From the NCBI GenBank assembly GCA_964554125.1, contig CAZKNG010000003.1, positions 2,971-66,970 of the forward strand: a stretch of 64,000 nt of DNA, in the 5' to 3' direction. Positions within the stretch are counted from its first letter, which is position 1. The number at the start of each line of letters is the position of its first letter. The DNA comes from an uncultured bacterium (lineage in GTDB: Bacteria; Krumholzibacteriota; Krumholzibacteriia; Krumholzibacteriales; WJIX01). This document shows, one piece after another, positions 51,173 through 61,312 of the stretch. Both the position numbers and the translations under genes were made by a program. The notes beneath the pieces are model-generated. The model saw nothing but the letters and a program-made list of their open reading frames with translations. It searched no databases and was not told the DNA's origin.

Positions 51173-51946
51173 TTAATAAAAATTCAGAAAGTACCAGCTG
51201 ATAAAAAAATCCCCCAGTAGCAGACAGAGAATCCCCGCGGGCGCGAGGAACGATCCAAAAGGAACAGCTGTCCTGCCGGTCCCCCCTTTGCGTAAGAGGA
51301 AAATGCCATAAAGAGCTCCAAAGAATGAAGCGACAAGTATAACGGGTAACACAAGTCTTATTCCAAGAAACGCCCCTATCATGGCCATAAGTTTAACGTC
51401 CCCTCCACCCATACCCTCAGTCTTTCTAAAAGATTTATAAGTTAAACCCACAAGATAGAGAGAACCGCCTCCTGCTAAAGCGCCGTAGAAAGAACTCGAT
51501 AAAGCGATATCTGTACTTAAATAAGCCCATATGAAACCGATCAGTATAAACGGCAGACTGATCGAATCGGGTATGATTTTGTGCTCCCAGTCTATCAATG
51601 TAACGGCGATAAGGGACATAATAAACGGATATATAAATAATAGATCCAGGGTGAATCCCGAATAATAAAAACAGAGTAGGGCCAGAATCCCGCCAGAAAG
51701 CTCAATAAACGGATACCTCGGAGATATTTTCTTCCCGCAGCCGGCGCACTTCCCCTTAAGAAATATATAGCTTAAAAGGGGAATATTCTCGTACCACCTT
51801 AATACGCGCCGGCAGGCAGGGCAGGAAGACCTGGGGCGTATAACAGATCCGCCTCTGGGTACCCTGTATATAATCACGTTAAGAAAACTTCCGGCCGCGA
51901 GACCGGCGGTGAAAATGAATATTAACGCTACGGGATTCGTATTCAA
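51173..51946 (-). CDS. pilD: Prepilin peptidase (A24 family)
   Basis: 257 aa with the Cys-tetrad zinc region (SSCPACRRVL…CAGCGKKIS) and a polytopic membrane core. Confidence 0.85.
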   Translation of the reverse strand: MNTNPVALIFIFTAGLAAGSFLNVIIYRVPRGGSVIRPRSSCPACRRVLRWYENIPLLSYIFLKGKCAGCGKKISPRYPFIELSGGILALLCFYYSGFTLDLLFIYPFIMSLIAVTLIDWEHKIIPDSISLPFILIGFIWAYLSTDIALSSSFYGALAGGGSLYLVGLTYKSFRKTEGMGGGDVKLMAMIGAFLGIRLVLPVILVASFFGALYGIFLLRKGGTGRTAVPFGSFLAPAGILCLLLGDFFISWYFLNFY

Positions 51947-52614
51947 TCTTTTTCTTTCTTTGAAAGTTTCTTTTCAAGTTTTTCAATATAACCCGCTGCC
52001 AGATCATCCATGAAGGGATCGTTCGAGCTATCGGCCAGTCTTCTCCACATATTTATACTTGTTTCGACATCTCCGCCCCTGGCCGCGGCGCTCGCCGCGA
52101 AACGCATTGCCCGTTCATCGGCGCCGGGCATATCCGCGGCAAGTCTGAAATAGCGCTGAGATTCCTTATAATCATTCCCGTCGAGGTAATAGAGAAATCC
52201 TGCTTCGAAGGCCAGCGACCACTCCGCGGGATTATTTTCAATCCCTTTCCTTAGAATCTCAATCCCTTCCTCTAACTCCCCGAGGTCCTGAGCCATAATG
52301 ACAGCACTGAGTTTGTAAGCAAAGATAAACCGTGGATCGAGATCTGTTATTACATCGGCAAGATGGCGAAAGAGTCTCAAGCTGTTCTTTCCCATCCTGT
52401 AACCGCCGTAATACTGCACCGTCTTAAACCATAAAATATCTGAAACAATATTTCTGTAACCCAGAGAGAACATTCTTACCGCTTCACTCGAGGGAAGGTA
52501 CATGATATCGGCTTTTCTATTCCTGCCGCTTATTCCTTCCACACTCTTAGATACCCCCACAAGCAGCAGGGCAGCCGCTATTATAAACAGAGTATTTCTA
52601 AATAGTCCCTTCAT
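51943..52614 (-). CDS. TPR-repeat protein with signal peptide
   Basis: It has TPR-like helical repeats (…AFEAGFLYYLDGNDYKESQRYFRLAADM…). The start is taken at MKGLF. Confidence 0.6.
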   Translation of the reverse strand: MKGLFRNTLFIIAAALLLVGVSKSVEGISGRNRKADIMYLPSSEAVRMFSLGYRNIVSDILWFKTVQYYGGYRMGKNSLRLFRHLADVITDLDPRFIFAYKLSAVIMAQDLGELEEGIEILRKGIENNPAEWSLAFEAGFLYYLDGNDYKESQRYFRLAADMPGADERAMRFAASAAARGGDVETSINMWRRLADSSNDPFMDDLAAGYIEKLEKKLSKKEKD

Positions 52615-52621
52615 ATCCTCT

Positions 52622-53392
52622 TTACACAAACTCTCTTTTTCGGAAAATAAAACAGGAGAAATATATAATAACAGAGCAATAAACGATCGCGTAACCTACT
52701 GTGATCATAATATCTGAATACTGAAAATTCATTCCGTGGACCGCTTCATGACGCAGATTGAAAAGATTGAGATTCGGCAGGATATAATAGAAAGCATCTA
52801 CGATAAATTTCATCGCCTGTGAACCGAATTTCTCAGCGAAAACACGCAGATCGCCGCTCAAACTTCCGGCGACAAAGATACACAGAGTGAAAAAGAATGT
52901 CAGAATAGGGGACGTAAATGTGCTGAATAATATTACAATCGAAGTTATAACGGCCATTTCAAGAAGAGAAAGGAAGATGGCGGCGAGTATCCCCGCCGTT
53001 ATACTGCCTCCGCTTAGTACAACAACAACAACCGTTACCGCGGCCATAATGATAACCATCATTGTAAGAGCGGCCATTATACCAGAAAACTTCCCGATAA
53101 GATATTCCAGCCGCGTGACAGGTCTTGTAAAAATCATATATACAGCTCTTTTGTCTACTTCCTTGTGCAGAAGTGTGCTTCCGGAGACAACCGCTGTAAA
53201 AATGCCGAAAAGTGAAATAAACGCCAACGCCACGTCTGTTATTATCTTATCCTTTGCCGCGCCGACAGAAAGGGGAGAAAGTATATATGTGCTGATAATC
53301 AGGATCACTCCGAAAAAAAGGACTATATAGAGGAGTTTGCCCCTGATTAATTCGCGGAATGTATTAAACGCTATATTTGCTATTCTTTCCAT
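52622..53392 (-). CDS. ABC-2 type transporter permease (PilI-like position in the pilus cluster)
   Basis: It is polytopic with 6 predicted TM segments. The start is taken at MERIANIAF, which has a perfect GGAGG RBS 6 nt upstream. Confidence 0.7.
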   Translation of the reverse strand: MERIANIAFNTFRELIRGKLLYIVLFFGVILIISTYILSPLSVGAAKDKIITDVALAFISLFGIFTAVVSGSTLLHKEVDKRAVYMIFTRPVTRLEYLIGKFSGIMAALTMMVIIMAAVTVVVVVLSGGSITAGILAAIFLSLLEMAVITSIVILFSTFTSPILTFFFTLCIFVAGSLSGDLRVFAEKFGSQAMKFIVDAFYYILPNLNLFNLRHEAVHGMNFQYSDIMITVGYAIVYCSVIIYFSCFIFRKREFV

Positions 53393-53420
53393 AACTTTCC
53401 TCCGCGTTTCCATAGAGATA

Positions 53421-54401
53421 CTAAATCGAACTTTCAACCCGGGCTTTATCAGAGTCAACCGCGGATTTTATCTCCTTATCCTGTTCTGTGATCTCATTTA
53501 CAAAGATCTCTTCCAGAGAGTATTTAACGGAAGCAACCTTGATTATCTCAGAGCCTTTATTTAATAAATACTGCAGGACACTCCGTGTATATTCCTGCTT
53601 TTTTACAACCAGAAAGATCTTATCGCCCACTCTCTTTACAGAATCCGTATATTGAGCCACAATCTTCTCCCCGTCACGCGGAAACGCTTGCGCTGTTATA
53701 TCAAGCTTTCCCTTCCCAATCCTGAAAAGTTCATCGAGCCCGGCATCTTTTACTATCTTCCCCTTACGGATAATACAAACCCTGTCGCAAAGAGTCTCCA
53801 TATCGGAGAGTATATGCGATGAGAAAAATATCGTTTTACCCTTCTTTTTAAGCTCAAGAAGAAAATCCCTGGTCATTTTTCTTCCCATGGGATCAAGTCC
53901 GGAGAATGGTTCGTCAAGTATCAGCAGATCCGGATCATGAATTACAGCCTGAGCAAGCCCGGCTCGCTGCAGCATACCCTTTGAAAAACCGCTCAATCTT
54001 TTTTTCCCGTCTCCCGCCAGACCTACCCTGCTTATGACCTTCATTATGCTGTCATTTAATTCTTCTCCGCCGATACCGCTCATCTTCCCGCAAAACTTAA
54101 GGAATTCCTCGAGCGTGAGGTGCGGATAAAAGAATGGGTTTTCAGGTAGAAAACCTACCGCTCTTTTCGTATGAGTATCCGAGATAGATCTGCCTAGCAC
54201 ACTGACATTTCCCGAATCAGGTTTTATGAGCCCGAGAATAATCTTTATCGTGGTTGTTTTTCCCGCTCCGTTAGGTCCAAGAAATCCGAGAATCTCTCCC
54301 TCGCCGGCGGAAAAGGAGATGCCACGTAGAACCCTGCTCTTCTTGAGCATAAAATTACCCCGGAAGGTTTTTACTATATCTTCGACACTTAGAATCTTCA
54401 T
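53421..54401 (-). CDS. ABC transporter ATP-binding protein (PilH-like position in the pilus cluster)
   Basis: It has Walker A (GPNGAGKTT), an ABC signature (LSGFSKGMLQR) and Walker B (LLILDEP). The start is taken at MKILSVEDIV (AGGTGG RBS) rather than the track's 54449. Confidence 0.85.
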   Translation of the reverse strand: MKILSVEDIVKTFRGNFMLKKSRVLRGISFSAGEGEILGFLGPNGAGKTTTIKIILGLIKPDSGNVSVLGRSISDTHTKRAVGFLPENPFFYPHLTLEEFLKFCGKMSGIGGEELNDSIMKVISRVGLAGDGKKRLSGFSKGMLQRAGLAQAVIHDPDLLILDEPFSGLDPMGRKMTRDFLLELKKKGKTIFFSSHILSDMETLCDRVCIIRKGKIVKDAGLDELFRIGKGKLDITAQAFPRDGEKIVAQYTDSVKRVGDKIFLVVKKQEYTRSVLQYLLNKGSEIIKVASVKYSLEEIFVNEITEQDKEIKSAVDSDKARVESSI

Positions 54402-54565
54402 AAATTTAAACCACCTGTAGATCTCTCTTCCGGATGGCCCCGGAGCCATATTAAACTCTAAATAAATACCTGACGCATAAAATCTTTACATCCACAATTA
54501 AAACCCGGCAAATATTCTGCCTTTAAGAGGTACTTTCTTAACATTTTTTTCTCTATTGCATTTAT

Positions 54566-54581
54566 TGCAGATATTATGCCA
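54566..54581 (-). promoter_or_regulatory. Sigma-54-like -24/-12 promoter upstream of the ABC transporter genes
   Basis: The minus strand reads TGGCAT-AATAT-CTGCA (GG-N10-GC spacing is correct, but the -12 element is CTGC rather than TTGC). Confidence 0.4.
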
Positions 54582-54712
54582 AAGTGGGCCTATAGTGTAA
54601 AGGGGTGTCACCTTATGAAAAGGGGCACCCTTGTTAGTTTATATTTCTTCCTGTAAGTTCCGGTAACCAAACTATTTTAAGGCTGAAGGTGTGTAAAATT
54701 CGTTAATAGAAT

Positions 54713-55891
54713 TTACAAAAAGCGATTCTGTACTTTTTCAACAGCACCCCGGAGAGTACAGACTGATACACCGCCTGCAATTGGATATCCCTCATCTACA
54801 GGAGAAACAATCAAGCACTCATCCAGTTTAAGATCTTTCTTTGCATTCCAGAATCCCCTGGTGACCTGCGGCGAAGTTGACGCCTTACACTCTATGCCTA
54901 TAGTACGATTTTGCCTCGAAACAACCAGATCAATCTCCGCTCCGGCTGAAGTACGATAAAACCCGAAACTACAGTTTTTTATGTTTGAGAGAATATTTTC
55001 TATGACAATCCCTTCCCAGGATGCGCCGAACACGGGATGCCCGAGTAATTGATTGAAATCACATATTTCAAGAAGTGAATTCAGTATCCCGGAATCTCTT
55101 ATATAAACTTTCGGCGATTTTACCAGACGTTTTTTTACATTGCTGATAAACGGGGGAAGGACTCGAATCATAAATGATTTTGTCAGTATATCAAGATAAC
55201 GTTTCACTGTCGTGTGGCTCATCCCCAAAGATTGTCCAAGTTTGCTGGTATTTAGAATATGACCGTGATAATGCGCCAGCATTTGCCATAGACGCTCCAT
55301 GGTAGTTGAAGGAATCTTAAATCCGAGTTGAGGTATATCTCTTTCCAGAAAAGTACGGATGAATTCTTCTCGCCACCTTAACGAAGCGTCCTCGGTCTGC
55401 CTGAGGAAACTTAGCGGAAATCCTCCCCTTAACCAGAGAGGTTGCAATGAGTTGTAACTGGCGTTGGCGGTAACCTCCCAGCATAGAAAAGGTGTTAATT
55501 CCAAATAGGCAATTCGTCCGGCGAGGGTTTCAGATGACTGCCGAATAAGATCCCGCGAGGCAGACCCCAGGATAAGGAACTGCCCGGTTGTATCATTTTC
55601 ATCAATAATACTCCTCAGAAAGGGGAACAGCTCTGGGGTCCGTTGAATTTCATCCAGGCAGAATACTTTTTCCGGATTCGATTTGAAGAATAATTCGGGA
55701 TCAGATAATTTACGCAGATCGGAAGGCCTTTCCAGATCCAGGTAATATGCCCCGGGATCTGTTCTAAGAAAATGTTTGGCCAGAGTAGATTTTCCAACCT
55801 GCCTGGGTCCCAGAATAACAACAGCCGGAAATTCTTTCATATAGCGCCCAAGATCCGACTGGAGTTGCCGTGGTATATATTTACCTTGCAT
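54713..55891 (-). CDS. AAA+ superfamily ATPase with DUF4143-type C-terminal domain (COG1373-like)
   Basis: 392 aa with Walker A (LGPRQVGKST) and a C-terminal restriction-endonuclease-like fold region that is typical of DUF4143 proteins. Confidence 0.65.
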   Translation of the reverse strand: MQGKYIPRQLQSDLGRYMKEFPAVVILGPRQVGKSTLAKHFLRTDPGAYYLDLERPSDLRKLSDPELFFKSNPEKVFCLDEIQRTPELFPFLRSIIDENDTTGQFLILGSASRDLIRQSSETLAGRIAYLELTPFLCWEVTANASYNSLQPLWLRGGFPLSFLRQTEDASLRWREEFIRTFLERDIPQLGFKIPSTTMERLWQMLAHYHGHILNTSKLGQSLGMSHTTVKRYLDILTKSFMIRVLPPFISNVKKRLVKSPKVYIRDSGILNSLLEICDFNQLLGHPVFGASWEGIVIENILSNIKNCSFGFYRTSAGAEIDLVVSRQNRTIGIECKASTSPQVTRGFWNAKKDLKLDECLIVSPVDEGYPIAGGVSVCTLRGAVEKVQNRFL

Positions 55892-56174
55892 ATTGAATAC
55901 CTCGCGTTCATATTACATGATAGAATACAATATACTTACTTGAAAAGCAAACTTTATTTTAGGGGCGGGCATGGATTTCTGATCCGCCCCGAACAGAACG
56001 ATCAGAAAGAACGAATCATAGGCTTATAAAACGCAGTTTTTCCGCGGTGGAAAGAGGCCGCGCCTCTGACAATGCCGGTCAGCGGATAGAAACCCTGCCG
56101 ATTTTATGGGATCATTAGAAGTCTTTTTGTAAAGTGCTGACAAACAGGCATGCTGCCGGCTTTGTAGCCATAAA

Positions 56175-56204
56175 TCAAAAACGGGCGGCCCGTGTGAGCC
56201 GCCC
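56175..56204 (-). terminator. Rho-independent terminator downstream of pilA
   Basis: The minus strand reads GGGCGGC-TCACACG-GCCGCCC followed by TTTTTGATTT. It lies ~30 nt after the pilA stop. Confidence 0.65.
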
Positions 56205-56230
56205 GCAGCAATGCTAAACTTTGCTCTTTC

Positions 56231-56665
56231 TTACTGTCCGCTCGTTAATGTAATTACCAGTTCTCCGGCATCTTCACCGCAGCCGGTAATAGTATAACCC
56301 ATTGAAGTTCCTGAAGCGTTTGTGGTATCATCGTAACCTGTCTGGCCAGCTGTGGCGGCAGTTCCATCCACCGGTTCCGTGGCAGCGTTGGTAAATGGAT
56401 TTGACAGGCTAGTACCGCCGGGCAACAAATCAACCAAATCTTCGCCATTCGAAAGGGTAGTTGATAGATCTGCAGCATATACTCCGTTATTCTGTACGGC
56501 AAAATCTTCGGCCGCCAGCTGAACTGTATGGCAGTTTGACTTAACCGAAGCCTCTTTCGCTCTCGACTGCATACTGATAAAGTTAGGAATAGCAATCGCG
56601 GCTAAAATACCGATAATCACAACAACGATCATAAGCTCAATCAGCGTAAAACCCTTGTTATTCAT
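56231..56665 (-). CDS. pilA: Type IVa major pilin PilA
   Basis: 144 aa. The N-terminus MNNKGFTLIELMIVVVIIGILAAIAIPNF is the class III signal peptide (G|FTLIE), with C-terminal Cys residues. It has a GGAGG RBS. Confidence 0.9.
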   Translation of the reverse strand: MNNKGFTLIELMIVVVIIGILAAIAIPNFISMQSRAKEASVKSNCHTVQLAAEDFAVQNNGVYAADLSTTLSNGEDLVDLLPGGTSLSNPFTNAATEPVDGTAATAGQTGYDDTTNASGTSMGYTITGCGEDAGELVITLTSGQ

Positions 56666-56785
56666 TCTGCACCTCCTTTAGGTACTTAAACTCAAAGCTT
56701 ACACTTTGAAAATCAAAACCTTACGGCTGTTAAAACCGTCGAAACTCTTTTTTCTAAGACCTCTTACGGTCTCCTTTTTAGTAAT

Positions 56786-56801
56786 GGGCAATTTATATGC
56801 C
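56786..56801 (-). promoter_or_regulatory. Sigma-54 (RpoN) -24/-12 promoter upstream of pilA
   Basis: The minus strand reads TGGCAT-ATAAA-TTGCC (GG-N10-GC). It lies ~120 nt upstream of the pilA ATG and downstream of a palindrome AACGTTA-N15-TAACGTT (56821-56849). PilR next door is a sigma-54 activator. Confidence 0.6.
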
Positions 56802-56927
56802 AAAGAGCACGCGGGATCCATAAACGTTAATCCTTTGTCTCATATAACGTTATACCAGCACCGCGGTTAATACGTATTACCGTGGATTGTAAATTGCCAT
56901 TTCGCACTCCAGCTATGCAACGGTTCA

Positions 56928-58310
56928 TTATTCCGACCCCACCTTCTGTCCTTCACGGCTCAGTCCGTAACGCTGGATTTTCCGGTAAAGTGTTGACGCG
57001 TTGATCCCTAATATCTCACTGGCCTTCTTCTTCTGCCATCCCGTTTCATCGAGAACTGAGATGACATACTCCTTTTCAAGCTCCTCGAGAGTTATCTTCT
57101 CCCTGTCTAAACTCAGCTTCCTTTTACTTCTCGAATGAAAACGTATCTTGTCCGGCAGGTCATGGGGTTTTATTGTATCACCCTCCTGGAGTACAATGGC
57201 CCGTTCAATTATATTTTCCAGTTCACGTACATTCCCGGGCCAATCGTAATTTACCATCAGTTCCAGCGCTTTGTCTGAAATTGTCTTTTTTCTTTTTGAT
57301 TTTTCAGATGCCATCTTAAGAAAATGTTCGACAAGAAGAGGTATGTCACTCGACCTGTGCTTGAGCAGAGGAATCTTTATAGGTATAACGTTCAAACGGT
57401 AATAAAGATCCGGACGGAAATTGCCCGCACGCACCTCTTCTTCGAGATCCGCGTTGGTTGCCGCGATTAAACGCACATTTACTTTTATGGGACTTGTCCC
57501 GCCAACAGGTACTATTTCTCTTTCCTGAAGAACCCTCAGCAGCTTAACCTGAATCGCAGGTGATGTTTCCCCGACTTCATCGAGAAAAAATGTCCCCCCG
57601 CATGCCACCCTGAACAATCCATCCTTGTCTCTGATCGCTCCGGTAAAGCTCCCCTTGACATGTCCGAAAAGCTCACTTTCAAGAAGATTCTCCGGCAGAG
57701 CCCCGCAGTTAATGGAAACAAAGGGTTTATCAGACCTGTTGCTTTCATGGTGAATTGACTTTGCTACAAGCTCCTTTCCCGTTCCACTCCTCCCTCTTAT
57801 AAGAATAGTACTGTCGGTGGCGGCAACCTTTTTTACCCTCTGAAAAACCTTCTGCATCGGTTCACTCTCACCTATAATATTCTTATAACTGTCCTTTTTT
57901 CTCTGCTTCTTATTTATATAGGCATTTTCATTACTGGTTCTACGCGCCTCAACCGCGTTATGAACTATCATCTTTATTTCATCATTCTTTGCCGCCCTTT
58001 TAACCATATAGTGAAAAGCGCCTTTATTAAGAGCGTCAATCGCTGTCTTCTGTGAAGCGTAAGCGGTCATAATTATGACGGGAAGGTTCGGCTTGTGGCT
58101 TTTCACAGCTGAGAGAACTTCAATGCCGTCAATCCCCTTCATTTTTATATCGGTCATAACGGCGTCATATTCCGCCTTCTTTATCTCCGATATGGCTTGC
58201 TTACCGCTGCTGACCGTTTTAACCTTATACCCTTCCTTCTTGAGCATTATTGAAAGGTATTTACACATACTCTTTTCATCATCAACTATTAATACTCTCT
58301 CGCCTGCCAT
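56928..58310 (-). CDS. pilR: Sigma-54-dependent response regulator PilR (NtrC family)
   Basis: 460 aa with a receiver domain (LIVDDE…D), an AAA+ sigma-54 activation domain (GESGTGKE-like GRSGTGKELVA; ESELFGH; GAFTGA-like GSFTGA) and a C-terminal HTH. Confidence 0.85.
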   Translation of the reverse strand: MAGERVLIVDDEKSMCKYLSIMLKKEGYKVKTVSSGKQAISEIKKAEYDAVMTDIKMKGIDGIEVLSAVKSHKPNLPVIIMTAYASQKTAIDALNKGAFHYMVKRAAKNDEIKMIVHNAVEARRTSNENAYINKKQRKKDSYKNIIGESEPMQKVFQRVKKVAATDSTILIRGRSGTGKELVAKSIHHESNRSDKPFVSINCGALPENLLESELFGHVKGSFTGAIRDKDGLFRVACGGTFFLDEVGETSPAIQVKLLRVLQEREIVPVGGTSPIKVNVRLIAATNADLEEEVRAGNFRPDLYYRLNVIPIKIPLLKHRSSDIPLLVEHFLKMASEKSKRKKTISDKALELMVNYDWPGNVRELENIIERAIVLQEGDTIKPHDLPDKIRFHSRSKRKLSLDREKITLEELEKEYVISVLDETGWQKKKASEILGINASTLYRKIQRYGLSREGQKVGSE

Positions 58311-58313
58311 TAA

Positions 58314-60056
58314 TCAAAACCTCCCGCATTCTATGCTGCTAAGTTCATGTTTAACCTCTTCGATTCCTATTCTTCCTCTTTTATCCTCAACCGGAATCAG
58401 AATCCTGAACGTTACTCCTTCTTTCAAATTTTCAGCACTTATCGATCCTGAATGACTTTCGATAATCCTCCCGGCAGTAGCAAGACCTAATCCCGTGCCG
58501 CCGTCCTTAGTTGTAAAGAAAGGTTCAAAGATATGTTCCAGTACATCATCGGGTATTCGCGGACCGTCATTTGTAAATTCTATTTCCGCGTACCTGGTTT
58601 TATCACTGCCTTCTTCGAGCACGTCTTCAACTACTCTGACTCTGATATAGATACTGCCGTCTCTTCGAACAGCTTCACACGCGTTGAGTCCCAGATTGAG
58701 AAAGACCTGCCTGATCTGTTCATCATCGGCATAAATCCTCACTCCTTCAACATCGCTTTCGAAGGTGATATCAGCTCCTCTGTGGAGATAGGATCCGTGC
58801 TTTAAAAGAAGAATTGTTTCTTTCAGACAGTTCTCTATATCTATAGAGTCAAATTCCGGTTTCCGGAGTCTCGCGTATTCAAGAAAATCGGTAATCATTC
58901 CATCGAGCCTGTCTGACTCGCGAATAATCAGATCCATAAGTTCACCGTTCTCTCCGGTAACATCGAGTTCATCCTTGAGCATTTCGGTCGACCCGCATAT
59001 AGACGCGAGAGGCGCCCGGATCTCATGCGCGATTGCCGCAGAAAGCTCTCCAACAGCAGCCATTCTGTCTGATCTTCTTATTTTATCTCTCATCCTGTTT
59101 ACTTCGGTTAAATCCTGAAACAGGGCTACAACACCTTTCTTCTCGTCGACTTCATTTTTCAGAAGTGAAATATTTATACCTATGGGCAATCTTCTCCCAT
59201 CACTCCCTGAAAGTGTTATTTCACCCCTGTTTCGCTGAACTCCGGTTTCCATAACAAGCATCAACTGCTTGAATAGAGGAGTCATTCCCGGAACGATCTC
59301 TTCAAAATGCTTACCCTCGGCAACCACGTTTTTCTCAACTTCCAGGATCCTCCTGGCCGCCGGGTTCATCGAAACAATACAGCCGTCTAAATCTATGACA
59401 ACCAGACCGCTGCTCATATTATTTACAATAGAATCATTATTCAGCTGTATCCTCTTTATCTCTTTTTCCCTGTCGGCCAGTTCCTTTCCGCTTCTTTTTA
59501 CTCTTTTAGAAAAATATCCGCTTATCAGCCCAGTGGAAACGAATACCCCCATATGTATGTATCCTCTAAGTAATGAATCAAAAAGATTCTGCCGCGTAAA
59601 GATGAGCGCCCCCTCCGGAGATCTTACATGACCGCTGATTTCGAGAAGACTGTAGACAATATAAGCCGAGGCCGCTACGAGCGAAGTAACCAATCCTCCC
59701 GAGACGCCAAAATACAACCCGCCTACAAAAATTGGAAGTATATAAAGTATAGAGAAGATTGAGCCGGAACCGCCGCTGTAGTGAACAATAAGTGTCAGAA
59801 CAGCAAGATCAATACCTATCAGAAGACGAATCAGTTTGTTGAATGAAACTCCCTTTCCATGCGCAATATAAACCGCTCCCGTACCCAGATATACCACACC
59901 GAGAAGGCTGTAAAGGGCAATGGCTGACAGTTCTCTGCTTTGAAACTGCAGGGCAATAATAGCCGCTCCTACTATCAGTGTTGCCACAACAATTCTGATA
60001 TAGACTATGTTTCTTATCTTTTCATCATCCCGGTAAGCACGCGGTATAAAATTCAT
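58314..60056 (-). CDS. pilS: Sensor histidine kinase PilS
   Basis: 580 aa with an N-terminal multi-TM domain, a PAS-like region, a HisKA domain (AAIAHEIRAPL) and a HATPase_c domain (GTGLGLA). Confidence 0.8.
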   Translation of the reverse strand: MNFIPRAYRDDEKIRNIVYIRIVVATLIVGAAIIALQFQSRELSAIALYSLLGVVYLGTGAVYIAHGKGVSFNKLIRLLIGIDLAVLTLIVHYSGGSGSIFSILYILPIFVGGLYFGVSGGLVTSLVAASAYIVYSLLEISGHVRSPEGALIFTRQNLFDSLLRGYIHMGVFVSTGLISGYFSKRVKRSGKELADREKEIKRIQLNNDSIVNNMSSGLVVIDLDGCIVSMNPAARRILEVEKNVVAEGKHFEEIVPGMTPLFKQLMLVMETGVQRNRGEITLSGSDGRRLPIGINISLLKNEVDEKKGVVALFQDLTEVNRMRDKIRRSDRMAAVGELSAAIAHEIRAPLASICGSTEMLKDELDVTGENGELMDLIIRESDRLDGMITDFLEYARLRKPEFDSIDIENCLKETILLLKHGSYLHRGADITFESDVEGVRIYADDEQIRQVFLNLGLNACEAVRRDGSIYIRVRVVEDVLEEGSDKTRYAEIEFTNDGPRIPDDVLEHIFEPFFTTKDGGTGLGLATAGRIIESHSGSISAENLKEGVTFRILIPVEDKRGRIGIEEVKHELSSIECGRF

Positions 60057-60079
60057 GGTTTCCTTCCCCGGAAAGAGAC

Positions 60080-61291
60080 CTAACCTCCGGAAACAACAGA
60101 AATCAATTTAAACATAGGCAGATACATCGATATCAACATTCCTCCAACAATAACTCCCATTACAACAATCATAATAGGTTCTATAGCGGCGGTAAGAGCA
60201 TCTACAGCACTATCTACTTCTTCATCGTAAAAATCGGCTATCTTCTCCAGCATTTCATCGAGAGCACCCGTCTGTTCACCAACACTGATCATTTGAACCA
60301 CCATGGGAGGGAAAACTCCACTCCGTTTAAGCGGTTCGGCGATAGTATTACCCTCGCTGATACTTTCTTTCGTCTTGACAACCGCACTTTCTATGACCTT
60401 GTTGCCGGCTGTTTTAGCGGTTATATCAAGCCCGTCAATAATAGGCACACCGCTGGCAGTGAGAGTACCGAGAGTCCTGGTAAACATCGCAACCGCGCCC
60501 TTTCTTATCACTGCCCCGAGTATGGGTAAATTCAGCAGAAACCGGTCAATTCTCATTTTCCCCTTTTCTGTGCTGTTATATTTCTTAATACCAAAATATA
60601 GTCCAATTCCCGCCCCCAGAAGCAGATACCAGTTAACTCTGAGAAAATCGCTCAACCCCATTACAATTTGTGTCGGCAGAGGGAGAGCACCTCCAAAATC
60701 AACGAACATCTTGGCAAAGGTCGGAATAATAAACATAAGCATAAAAATCGTTGCGCCACCCGCGACAATCATAACTATTGTCGGATATGTCAAAGCTCCT
60801 TTTATTTTACGCCTCAGCGAATCCTGCTTTTCAAGGAAAAGGGCTAATCTATTAAGAATAAGATCCAGGATTCCTCCCGATTCACCGGCGTCTACCATAT
60901 TCACAAACAACTCACTGAAACATTTATGTTTTGACAGAGCCTCGGCTAACGTGGAACCCGATTCAACATCTTCCATAACTTCTGTTACAATTTCTCTGAA
61001 ATTATCCTTTTCCAGCTGGCTTGATAGAATATCGAGGCATTGAACGAGGGGCAGTCCGGCATTAATCATGGTCGCGAACTGACGGGTAAAAATTCCAAGG
61101 TCTTTAATTCCGATCTTCTTCTTGAACCCGAAATCAATATTCAGATCTTTGGGTTTCTGCCTGACCTGAGTAAGAATGATCTTCTTTTTCCGAAGATGAC
61201 TGGTAAGCTCGATCTTGTTTTCAGCTTGATACTCTCCGGAAACATCCTCACCGGCGGGTGTCCTTCCCTTCCATAAATAAGTTGTAGCCAT
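60080..61291 (-). CDS. pilC: Type IV pilus inner-membrane platform protein PilC (GspF family)
   Basis: 403 aa with two GspF-type repeats and 3 TM segments. Confidence 0.85.
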   Translation of the reverse strand: MATTYLWKGRTPAGEDVSGEYQAENKIELTSHLRKKKIILTQVRQKPKDLNIDFGFKKKIGIKDLGIFTRQFATMINAGLPLVQCLDILSSQLEKDNFREIVTEVMEDVESGSTLAEALSKHKCFSELFVNMVDAGESGGILDLILNRLALFLEKQDSLRRKIKGALTYPTIVMIVAGGATIFMLMFIIPTFAKMFVDFGGALPLPTQIVMGLSDFLRVNWYLLLGAGIGLYFGIKKYNSTEKGKMRIDRFLLNLPILGAVIRKGAVAMFTRTLGTLTASGVPIIDGLDITAKTAGNKVIESAVVKTKESISEGNTIAEPLKRSGVFPPMVVQMISVGEQTGALDEMLEKIADFYDEEVDSAVDALTAAIEPIMIVVMGVIVGGMLISMYLPMFKLISVVSGG

Positions 61292-61312
61292 TTACTTCCC
61301 CCTTTGTCTGAA

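Noticed and set aside
53421-54449. Track start codons for the ABC ATPase (54449), permease (53458), TPR (52629), pilM (50976, TTG) and pilQ (48260)
   Set aside because: Internal ATGs with strong Shine-Dalgarno sequences (GGAGG, AGGTGG, AAGGAG) and canonical N-termini give more plausible starts. The longer N-terminal extensions overlap upstream genes and lack an RBS.
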